A stretch of DNA of 16,113 nt from an archaeon. Its GTDB lineage: Archaea; Iainarchaeota; Iainarchaeia; Iainarchaeales; CSSED10-239. The position numbers and the translations under genes were made by a program. Below are positions 6,601 to 14,300 of the stretch, piece after piece (the stretch's first letter is position 1; each line of letters begins with the position of its first letter). The notes beneath the pieces are model-generated. The model was given only the letters and a program-made list of their open reading frames with translations. It was not told the origin of the DNA and searched no databases. The stretch spans positions 1 to 16,113 of the forward strand of contig DAOOUC010000011.1 in NCBI GenBank assembly GCA_035390665.1. The letters run 5' to 3'.

Positions 6601-9600
6601 AAATATAAATGATGTTATAGAAATAAATGTAAGAAAACAAGGATATAGAACAAATACAATTAAGTATGTTGTTACTGAGAATATTATAACTACAATTCCA
6701 GAATCTATAGAACTAAATATAGATATTTCTCAAAATTATTCTACATCTACAAATATAATTTTAATTAATAATACAGTTTTACCATTATCAATAACATCAA
6801 TAAAAACAAATGTTAATTCAGAATATGTAAAATTAACAAGTGCATCTCAAGGTATGATATTTGAACCAAATTCACAGGTTGCATTAGATTTAACTGCAAG
6901 ATTAACCGAAGCAGGAATAGATTTAATGACACAAAAAACAATTAAAGGAACATTGTTGATTACTGTAAATGAATCAAATTTTGAAAAGAACTGGCAAATA
7001 TCTATTCCAATAACAATAAGAATTACTTTTGGTCAAGCAATTGATAATACCAATTGTTTAATTATTGATCCAGAAGAAACAGAAATAAGAATGACAGATA
7101 CAGAATATGCTTATAATTTAAATATTACAAATGATTGTCAAGTAGGAGAGGTTCCAGTTTCTTTAAATAAAATATTTATAGAATCAAATTATAAAGACAC
7201 CAAAAAACTTGGAGACTTTTATGTAGTTATTGGTGCTCAAGAGAAGAAATTAGCATTAGAAGAAAAAATACAAGTATTAAATAGTTTAGATGCTGGAAAG
7301 AAAGCAACTATAAAACTAATATATAAGATGAATAATAATACAAAAGGTGGAATATCTACCCCAGTAATAAGATTGACATCTAATAGAGCAAACATAAATG
7401 GAGTAGATACAATTGTTTCAGAACATTTGCCAAAGATAATTATAAACAATTATATCAATTGTATTGAAACACCAACAACTCAAATTATTGTGCCATATTG
7501 TGCACCAGTTTCATTATACAATAATATGTTTGGAATGGGCCCATATACAAATTTCTCACAAAATTTTGATCCAACAATGTACAATCAACAATCAACAACT
7601 ATTCCTGGTCAATCATATTGGCAATCAACAGCATATGCCCCAAGCTATGCGATGAGTGATTTCTATAATAATCAAAACTTCCCATATAACAATTTTACAG
7701 AAGGAATGCAAGGGTATCCAATGTCTGGAATGACAAACGGGCAAACAGGTTGTCAAGCAGCACAAATACAAGTTAAAAATAGTTGTTATGATGAAGTAGA
7801 ATTAAAGTTTGATTCATTAGCTGGTGTAATTATTAGTTCAGGTCAAGAGATGGCATTAAAGAAAGGAGAAAGTAAGACATTAACTGTTCAAGGTGGACAA
7901 GTATTAGGTGAATATAAAATTGCAATGTCTGCAAAACCAACAGATGATGCAATAGAAGAATATACTTTCGTAAAAGATTTGCCTGTAATAGTAAATAGAC
8001 CATTAGAGATATTACCTGAAAATTGTATAATTGTACCTAAAACAAAGTTTGATTTTACATACACTACAGATATACAAAAATTAATGGTAATAAATAGTTG
8101 TTATGATGCAGGGTTTGCATTAACATCATTAAGAATATTAAATCCAGATGTATTAATGATTGGAGATGTTCAATACTTCTCAATAGGAGATGTAAATGCA
8201 ACATTAAGACCAAAGAAAACCTACAGATATGAAGAAGGAAAAAGAATTGAAATAATGACTGTTGGAGTAAGAAGAAATCCAGAGATTGGAAGAAAGATGT
8301 TAAATAATGATAATGACACAACAGCAAAAACAATATCAAATCTAAGAAAAAATTACTTTGATATTGGCAATTCAATTAATTTAACAGCAATACTTGGAAT
8401 AAGTTATTCTACTCCAAGATTACAAGGTGGAGAGAAAGAAGAAGAATTAACATTTACAGATAATTTACAATGGTTAGGTTATGTTGATGAAAACAAAACA
8501 GAAGAAACAAATACAAATACAGACACAGGCACCGGAACAACAGGGACAGGAACAACACCAGGAACTACAAATGCAGATGTAAGTACAAGAATAAACATTG
8601 ACTTTACAACAGGGAATTCAAATCAAATACCTGCAGGTCCAGCAATAGAGTTTACTGAATTTGCATTAAATGATAATTCTGGTGCAATTGGAATATTAGT
8701 AAAAATTAAAGATTCATATTTAGATGATAAAAGTGATTTCTTTAATAATGAAACAGACGCAAGAGTTTGTTTTAATGGAGTAATTTCAGACTTTAAGAAA
8801 GCAAGTCCAAGTATTTTTGAGAAATTAACTGAAAAGTCATATATAGATAAAAACGAAAAAGGAAGAATACAAAACGGAGAAGTAATTTCAGAAATACATT
8901 TCTTTGAAAAAGGAACAATCTTTAAAGTTTGTTTAAGTAGACCATTAACTCCATTAAATACAGCAGATGGTAAATTTGATAGAGCAGTATATAGAGAAGA
9001 AACAGATGTTTCAAAAGAAAAAATATTTACAATAATGAATCCAAAATGGTGGATATTTAAAGATTCATCAGTATATAAAGTAAAGTTTGCATTAAGTGCA
9101 AATCTTGGAACCTTTGGTTACATTGAGAAAACAAATGTTCCAGAATATTTAAAAGACAGTCCAAGATTACAAGATGGAGAATGTCTTGATCCTAAAGGAT
9201 TTGAGAAATTAGGTTTTACAGGATCTAATTATGACAACTATGGATTCAATAGATTATTGTTTACATGGAATCCAGCAGAAATTAAACACAACACTTGTGA
9301 TTATGGATACATTTATTGTGATCAAGATCAATTAAGAATTGCATTTTCACAAAAAATGGATTATTTAGCAAATAATAAATTTATAGAATTAGATGGAATA
9401 AAATTCTTAAAGTCTGATTCTGTTGCAAAGATTGCAAAGAATGAATTATTATTAGATAAGAATCCATTAAATAAAGAATTAATTGAAAATGCAGTAAGTA
9501 GTAATGCAATTGATTCAGCAGAAGAAACAAAATTAAAAATAACAAAATTAAGAGCAATAATAAACACAGTTCCGGAGGCATTAAGAAAATACACAATTAT

Positions 9601-11350
9601 AGAAATTGCAATACCTGTTGGGGCTATAGAAGGATTAGAGCCAATTGATTTAAATGCAGAAAAAGTAGAAGCATTTACAACAAAGATGGCAGGATCTACA
9701 AAGATTACTTTCGAGAATACAAATACAATTAAAAGATATCAATTTAATGTAAATACCTTCTTAAATACAACAAGTAATTTATCAACAGAAATTGATGGAT
9801 TATCTGATGCAGAAAATAAACTATTAAGTGAATATTTAAGAAGATTTATTAATTCAATGAACGTTTATTATGGAGACACATTAACTCCAGTAATAATTAA
9901 TGCAAAAACATATGGCAGTTTAGAAAGCGGAGCAACAAAAGATATATTGTCTAAACCACAATTTTTAAACAATGCTTGGGAATTAAATTTAAAATCAAGT
10001 TCAGAAATAAAACAAATTAGTTCTCCAGCAACATATAAGATAACTTTAGATATAAATAATTCTTCAAGTAAGAAAGCAAATTATGATGTTACAGCAATAA
10101 ATGCGGGAGTAGATGCATACAGTACAAATAACAATTATAAGCAAAATATCTTCTTTACAAACCCAGTAAATGCATACTACTATAACTATGGCGGAATACC
10201 ATTCAAAACAGAAGAAAGAGGAGAAAGAAAACAAACAGAATTAATAAATAGTTTTAACAATTGGGCAAAAGTACAAGACGGAATTGTATTAAAAGCAAAT
10301 ACAGCAAATAATGCAATTTCAAATGTTTTATTTAAAGACATAAGACCAATACAAATTGTTTCTACAGTTGCAAATGATTATCGTGTAGAATACTTAGCTC
10401 AAGAGAAATATAATAATTTAGTTGAAAACATGGAATGGAGATTAAGTGCCGAAGAACAAAAATTAATAAAACAAACAATACAAAGAACAGGTTCTTCAAC
10501 AAATGGATATCAATTATTAAATTATAATAGTAGACCAACAACATTTAGAAATACAATATTTGTATTTAATAATTCAGCAGATAAATCAAAATTAGAACAT
10601 CAATTAAGAATATATTCAAGAAATGAATTATTATTCAATGTAACTCCAATATCATTACAAATGACAAATGTTTCAGACAATAAAGCATATGGTTATGCTA
10701 TACCAAAGAACCTAACAACAGTTACAGGTTATGTTGGTAAATTAGATGCTGACACAGCAACAGTAAATGGAATGATTAAGAGTATACAAAAAGAAAAGAT
10801 GTGTTTTAATTTTAATAATGGCACATTTAATTTGTGGATTAATCCCGCAGATAAATCAATTGTAGAAGTTGTAGAAGTAGAGACCCAACCAACAACATCT
10901 CAACAAACAGCACAAGTACCTCAACAAACAACACAAACAGAATCAACTACAACTCAGACTATTGCAAATTTAACAATTACTGGTGGAAGTTTTAGTGTGG
11001 ATACTTCAGTAACAAGTCAAACAACAGTAAATGTTATTGGAGATAATTTAACAATGGATTTAGCTAATAAAAAATTAAATGGGGTTGTAAAATTTGAAAG
11101 TGGTAACCAAAATGCAACAGTAAATATTACAAGTGGTACAGCCGTAATTTCAGGCAATAATGTAACCTTAACAATAAATGGGACTGCAAGCGCAGGCCTA
11201 ATGGGCACAATAAGAGTTACAACACAAGGTACTCTTAATACAACAGGAAATCAAAATTTAGATGGAACATATACAATTGTTGCAAATCAATCAGTAAATG
11301 TAAATGGTCCACAATTAGCATTAGTAAATATTAATTTTAATAAGCAATAA
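3659..11350 (+). CDS. Giant (2563 aa) N-terminally membrane-anchored surface or adhesin-like protein
   Basis: Uninterrupted ORF in the track, ending in TAA at 11348-11350. The start is supported by the conserved MGLK..YY N-terminus shared with gene 4. It has a single TM helix, tandem beta-sandwich repeats, many Cys pairs and N-x-S/T sequons, and Thr-rich linkers. Confidence 0.95.
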   Translation: MGLKEFYYSLEDKYFEMLDNLEEKGINLYKIIDPLEKNGISTFPIFSLIVLALIALIIFLLVSNFTSIGSNEVRIAFFDETQNPIQDTDIKIKLNGVSDTVTTDNSGVVYLSDLDKTKLYELELDDASYKLIDRDYYDLNPTTKYHLINIEKIEYQSTKTISFKKQSGELLLEELDVIFECTNGNYTSENTITEGLITLSDIPKDCGRLTVTILGRNDYTPNIPEEGTVGEVRFSESISYGTLSITVKDKDSLFNLANVNVSIYDKATDMLIDSDTTNQNGIMISESVIVNKQYYVLVSDPNSIYSTITKSDYQNNLISFIQIKQGMNTLDLKLKKDIIGFIEVRVKDKVTGALLEGVNVKLSRLGNIMDTRATEVNGQVKFPIKENVSYILTLDKPGYLLQSQTASISSNIIDISLRSMTETGNYPAHINVVDGERKGIEYATVKIWDVLNNEVVKVVTTDISGKVVVNNLNPEGTYFVEAISGKFTGKSNNFTVKEREIEEVYAIVEIGQGTYNLVIMDDSQNPISAPIKVYDVKNNKEMEEKRTTSNESGLAIISIRADKTVFFSIETDQGNVITKQYNVPAENTFNETIIIPAKISSSSNIEFIGFYNSSGEIVSSIIPGQTQTARFLLNVDKKYSKVVAHLRTGEGDTCGTRTYSANEDFIYIKQVSFAGSKMIGSLDYTPCFGETKDLASIVTKNTKWVNLVLDNPVVGSYLIDAEIVVLDSATTNQSIYYRAEYQQGTTVLRNPLDATIGTSTSSSTKQALYAYAKNLPIFVGDTSNCDGSICYSFAFREKNTSQDKRVIDKFSAKDGTDYKFKFRFGVLRPVSDATIKISTTGQTIKLNSYTISPAGSLPIVDTEFSDIDIGSISANDIVTGEVDLSVINDISDELVIEISSNGDAVFEKKILFDLKPSKNFTVEFLPKMVVPYIPNNAIIGVMDDTNKSVMDASVFVKINSKPIIDGKTNREGLFTFILPATNINDVIEINVRKQGYRTNTIKYVVTENIITTIPESIELNIDISQNYSTSTNIILINNTVLPLSITSIKTNVNSEYVKLTSASQGMIFEPNSQVALDLTARLTEAGIDLMTQKTIKGTLLITVNESNFEKNWQISIPITIRITFGQAIDNTNCLIIDPEETEIRMTDTEYAYNLNITNDCQVGEVPVSLNKIFIESNYKDTKKLGDFYVVIGAQEKKLALEEKIQVLNSLDAGKKATIKLIYKMNNNTKGGISTPVIRLTSNRANINGVDTIVSEHLPKIIINNYINCIETPTTQIIVPYCAPVSLYNNMFGMGPYTNFSQNFDPTMYNQQSTTIPGQSYWQSTAYAPSYAMSDFYNNQNFPYNNFTEGMQGYPMSGMTNGQTGCQAAQIQVKNSCYDEVELKFDSLAGVIISSGQEMALKKGESKTLTVQGGQVLGEYKIAMSAKPTDDAIEEYTFVKDLPVIVNRPLEILPENCIIVPKTKFDFTYTTDIQKLMVINSCYDAGFALTSLRILNPDVLMIGDVQYFSIGDVNATLRPKKTYRYEEGKRIEIMTVGVRRNPEIGRKMLNNDNDTTAKTISNLRKNYFDIGNSINLTAILGISYSTPRLQGGEKEEELTFTDNLQWLGYVDENKTEETNTNTDTGTGTTGTGTTPGTTNADVSTRINIDFTTGNSNQIPAGPAIEFTEFALNDNSGAIGILVKIKDSYLDDKSDFFNNETDARVCFNGVISDFKKASPSIFEKLTEKSYIDKNEKGRIQNGEVISEIHFFEKGTIFKVCLSRPLTPLNTADGKFDRAVYREETDVSKEKIFTIMNPKWWIFKDSSVYKVKFALSANLGTFGYIEKTNVPEYLKDSPRLQDGECLDPKGFEKLGFTGSNYDNYGFNRLLFTWNPAEIKHNTCDYGYIYCDQDQLRIAFSQKMDYLANNKFIELDGIKFLKSDSVAKIAKNELLLDKNPLNKELIENAVSSNAIDSAEETKLKITKLRAIINTVPEALRKYTIIEIAIPVGAIEGLEPIDLNAEKVEAFTTKMAGSTKITFENTNTIKRYQFNVNTFLNTTSNLSTEIDGLSDAENKLLSEYLRRFINSMNVYYGDTLTPVIINAKTYGSLESGATKDILSKPQFLNNAWELNLKSSSEIKQISSPATYKITLDINNSSSKKANYDVTAINAGVDAYSTNNNYKQNIFFTNPVNAYYYNYGGIPFKTEERGERKQTELINSFNNWAKVQDGIVLKANTANNAISNVLFKDIRPIQIVSTVANDYRVEYLAQEKYNNLVENMEWRLSAEEQKLIKQTIQRTGSSTNGYQLLNYNSRPTTFRNTIFVFNNSADKSKLEHQLRIYSRNELLFNVTPISLQMTNVSDNKAYGYAIPKNLTTVTGYVGKLDADTATVNGMIKSIQKEKMCFNFNNGTFNLWINPADKSIVEVVEVETQPTTSQQTAQVPQQTTQTESTTTQTIANLTITGGSFSVDTSVTSQTTVNVIGDNLTMDLANKKLNGVVKFESGNQNATVNITSGTAVISGNNVTLTINGTASAGLMGTIRVTTQGTLNTTGNQNLDGTYTIVANQSVNVNGPQLALVNINFNKQ
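3782..3847 (+). other. Signal-anchor transmembrane helix of gene 3 (aa ~42-63, TFPIFSLIVLALIALIIFLLVS)
   Basis: It is the only long uncharged hydrophobic stretch in the protein. It is preceded by a charged ~40-aa segment. Confidence 0.8.
3872..5383 (+). repeat. Six tandem carboxypeptidase-regulatory-like / PEGA-like beta-sandwich repeats (protein-level repeats, aa ~72-575)
   Basis: A recurring pattern of ~60-65 aa, for example IEVRVKDKVTGALLEGVNVKLSRLGNIMDTRATEVNGQVKFPIKENVSYILTLDKPGYL and AHINVVDGERKGIEYATVKIWDVLNNEVVKVVTTDISGKVVVNNLNPEGTYFVEAISGKF. This is the v.V.D..g.pi.gA.V.l........TD..G...f..l..g.Y.v.v...GY signature of CarboxypepD_reg (PF13620). A seventh copy sits at aa ~920-1000. 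Confidence 0.7.
6686..8458 (+). other. Series of Ig-like modules with an ASH/PapD-like 'h-x-h-x-N-x-C' strand motif and an upstream partner Cys (aa ~1010-1600)
   Basis: NIILINNTVLPLSITSI; NCLIIDPEETEIRMTDTEYAYNLNITNDCQVGEVPVSLN; CQAAQIQVKNSCYDEVELKF; NCIIVPKTKFDFTYTTDIQKLMVINSCYDAGFALTS. Confidence 0.45.
7511..7756 (+). other. Lys/Arg-free Q/N/Y/M/G/P-rich low-complexity insert (aa ~1285-1366), bracketed by Cys1281 and Cys1365
   Basis: LYNNMFGMGPYTNFSQNFDPTMYNQQSTTIPGQSYWQSTAYAPSYAMSDFYNNQNFPYNNFTEGMQGYPMSGMTNGQTG has no K or R in ~79 residues of an otherwise Lys-rich protein. Confidence 0.8.
8501..8578 (+). other. Thr/Gly/Asn-rich linker (TEETNTNTDTGTGTTGTGTTPGTTNAD)
   Basis: Low-complexity ACA/GGA codon run that separates the Ig-like stalk from the unassigned distal region. 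Confidence 0.8.
10883..10963 (+). other. Thr/Gln-rich linker (QPTTSQQTAQVPQQTTQTESTTTQTIA)
   Basis: Low-complexity stretch immediately before the C-terminal Asn/Thr-rich domain. Confidence 0.8.
10964..11347 (+). other. C-terminal Asn/Thr/Gly/Val-rich beta-solenoid-like domain, dense in N-x-S/T sequons, with no C-terminal anchor
   Basis: NLTITGGSFSVDTSVTSQTTVNVIGDNLTMDL...NATVNITSGTAVISGNNVTLTINGTASAGLMGTIRVTTQGTLNTTGNQNLDGTYTIVANQSVNVNGPQLALVNINF shows short periodic (T/S)VN(V/I)xG strands. Confidence 0.45.
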
Positions 11351-11384
11351 AAGAGTAAAAAAATAAAACAATATAATAATTAAA

Positions 11385-11389
11385 AGGTG
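11385..11389 (+). promoter_or_regulatory. Shine-Dalgarno AGGTG for gene 4, 5 nt upstream of ATG 11395
   Basis: ttaaaAGGTGtaaaaATG. The 44-bp spacer after gene 3 has no T-run or hairpin, which suggests co-transcription of genes 3 and 4. Confidence 0.6.
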
Positions 11390-11394
11390 TAAAA

Positions 11395-14300
11395 ATGGGA
11401 CTAAAAAATATATATTATTTCTTTGAAAATAAATGGTATGATTTTGTAGAAAAAACAGGGTTGTACAAAGTAACAGATAAGATAGACAAAGTAATGCCTT
11501 CTTTTTTGCTATTTATTTTAATTATTATAATGCTTATTGCAGGGATATTTTTGATGATACCTTCAATTCAGGGAAAAGGAGAAGCAACAATAAGTTTCTC
11601 TGTTCTTGATGATGAAGGAAATTCTGTGCCTCTTGCACCAATAATGGTATCTACAGAAACAGATAATTTTAGACTTACAACAGATGATTACGGTACAACT
11701 GAACCAATTTCTTTAAAGAAAGATTCAGAGATATATGTTTCTATTGATTATTCTGGTTCTAATTATGAAAAGTATTCAAATAATTTTGTAATTTCAGACA
11801 ATCAAGAAATTGTAATCTATTTAGATAATGCAGAATCTGAAACTCAAAAAGTAAATTATAATTTTTCTTTAGTTGATTCTTTAACAAGTGCAAATATTCC
11901 AAATGATGGTTCTATTGTTTTTAGTTGTAGAAATTTAGGGCCAATTGCTCCAGGAACAGTAACAGTTATTGGAGGAGTTGTAGAAGTACAAGCAGATAGT
12001 GCCTGTCAGTTAGTTGCTCAATCAATTTCAATACAAGGTTATGAAACAAAATATGGAGTAAGTATTTCTCCACAAACAAGTATGATTGATTTAACAAAAT
12101 TAAGTATTGGTTTTGAAGAACAACAAACATATTCTCTATATATTTCAGTAAATAATGAAGCAGGAAATCCATTGTCTTCAATGCAAGCAAAACTATATCA
12201 AAATAATGTTGAGATAATTGGCGGAAATTGTTTAACTGCAAATGGAGTTTGTACAATTACAGGATTAGAGTCTGGAAGTTATACTCTTAAAGTTACAGAC
12301 ACTAGAACAAATGCAGAATATGGTCAAGCACAATCTTCTGTATATATTTCAAGTAATACAAATCAACCAATCACAATGACTAGAAATATTGCAGGATATA
12401 TACTAGTAAAAGTTAAAAAAAGTAATAATCAAGCAATTTCTGGTGCAACCGTAACTTTAAAATACATAGATAATGATAATGTAGATATTGCAAGCTATAC
12501 AACAGATTCAGATGGCCAAGCATATTTGGCAGTTTATGATCTTACAAAAAGATATAGGGTTGTTGTAGATAAAGAAGATTATTTGATTGCTTCCCAAAGT
12601 AATATTGTTGCAGTAGCAAACTATCCAACTAATCCAACAGTTACAATAACTTTACAACAAATTACTCCAACAACAGCAGCTCAATTAAAGTTAAGAGTAA
12701 TTAATAGTGAAACAGGAAAAGGTTTTCCAAATGCACAAGTTGTGTTATATAGTTCTGATACAGGATTTTTAACAGACTATAAACCAAAAATGACAAATAG
12801 TGATGGTAATGTTACTTTTGTTGTAAGTTCTGGAAACTATTATGCTAAAGCATTTAAGGGTTCATCAATAGGATTAAGTGAAGAATTTGAATTTAATGTT
12901 AGAGATGCAACAACAGCTGAAGCAAAAATAATACCAATGGAAATAACAAAAGGAAATTTATTAGTAACAGTTGTGGATAAGGACGGAGAGGCAGTTCCAC
13001 ATGCAAACATATTATTATTTGATAGATATAATTCTAGAACACCAATTTGGGGTGGAGATTTAGCAAACATAGATGGAACTTATGAAATAACTGAAATTGT
13101 TTCTGATCAAGACGTTTATGTTGTTGTTTCTGATATTATTTCAAATCTTGGTTCAACACAGTCTGAATTTGTGTATATTAAACCAAATGAAACAAACGAA
13201 TTAAAAGTAACTTTATATAATAAAATTAATGCTTCTCAAAAACCAAAGATTGAATTTTTAGGTTTCTTTAATGATTCAGGAAGTAGATTAAATGGATACA
13301 TAAGAAGTGGAGCAGAATACAAAGCAAAATTTTTATTATTAATTCCTTCAGAAAGGTGGGATTCTGATTTAGAAGAATTTGAAGAAGTTGGAGCAATATT
13401 AAGAACAGGTTCTTCAAACACCCCATATATGGAAAACGATAGTATTTATATTAAAGATATAGTTTTACCAAACTCAGAAATACAAAAATTTACACAATAT
13501 AGTTCAGAAGATGGTTATGATGGAAAAGACGATGTAGACACAAGAACAGAAGGAGATGCAAAATGGGCAAAGGTTATCTTTAATCCAATCAATAACAGAG
13601 ACTATGCAACAGCATATACAATAATGGCAGATTTAAAAGTTAAAGATGATGCAGCATATGGAGAAAAAGTAGATATTCATTATTTAGGTTTTGGATATAA
13701 TGAAGATGAAGAATATGAAAGTGATCCAGTAGATAATACAAATAATGATGATGTAGAATACATGACCTACAAAACAGAAAGTTTCAATATTGGAGAAGAA
13801 CAAGCGTGTTCTGATGATTTCTGTTTTACATTAAATATCACAAACTTAGATGAAGACTTAAGAGAAGACGTAGTAGATAACTATAATGCAAAACCACAAC
13901 AGAATTATAAATTAAGATTTGGTTTAATTAATAACAATAAAGACAGAATATATACAAATAATTCAAGATTTGAAATAAAGAATGCAGATAAAGGACTTAT
14001 CTTTAAAGATATAAACTTTACACAACCAAATTCATCACACACAAATATTAATGTAATCCCAGATACTTACGAATATAAAATAACAACACAACAATTTAAT
14101 CCACACAGTACAATAAGTGGAGAAATACAATTTGTTCCAAGTCTAAAAGGAGACAGACAAATATTATTACAATATGTTTCTGATCAAAGAATTGTATTTA
14201 CAAGATTAATTAACATACATGTTTTATCAGATAAAACATTTAAAGTAGAAATAACCCCTGAAGTTATTCCATCAGGTAAAAACTTTAATTTAGAATTAGA

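Noticed and set aside
7464-7655. 63-aa + strand ORF in an alternative frame of gene 3
   Set aside because: It overlaps the Q/N/Y-rich segment, whose biased codons leave another frame open by chance. It has no SD, and its Gln/His/Ile-rich product is implausible.
10862-10879. Tandem 9-mer GTAGAAGTT/GTAGAAGTA encoding VEVVEV
   Set aside because: It has only two copies, lies in-frame within coding sequence, and has no wider periodicity. It is a trivial microduplication.
4933-11208. Eight short minus-strand ORFs (4933-5142, 6202-6549, 7237-7449, 8064-8375, 9361-9594, 9381-9596, 10362-10544, 11017-11208) inside gene 3
   Set aside because: All lie inside the uninterrupted 7.7-kb + strand ORF. They are 60-115 aa and Leu/Ile/Phe-rich, with no start context. 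They are antisense shadows caused by the scarcity of TTA, CTA and TCA in the sense codon frame.
10964-11350. Asn-codon-rich C-terminus of gene 3, considered as a diversity-generating retroelement variable region
   Set aside because: I found no cognate template repeat and no reverse transcriptase in the window. The intergenic spacers are too short to hold a TR. AAT/AAC richness is genome-wide here. This cannot be excluded if a DGR lies outside the window.
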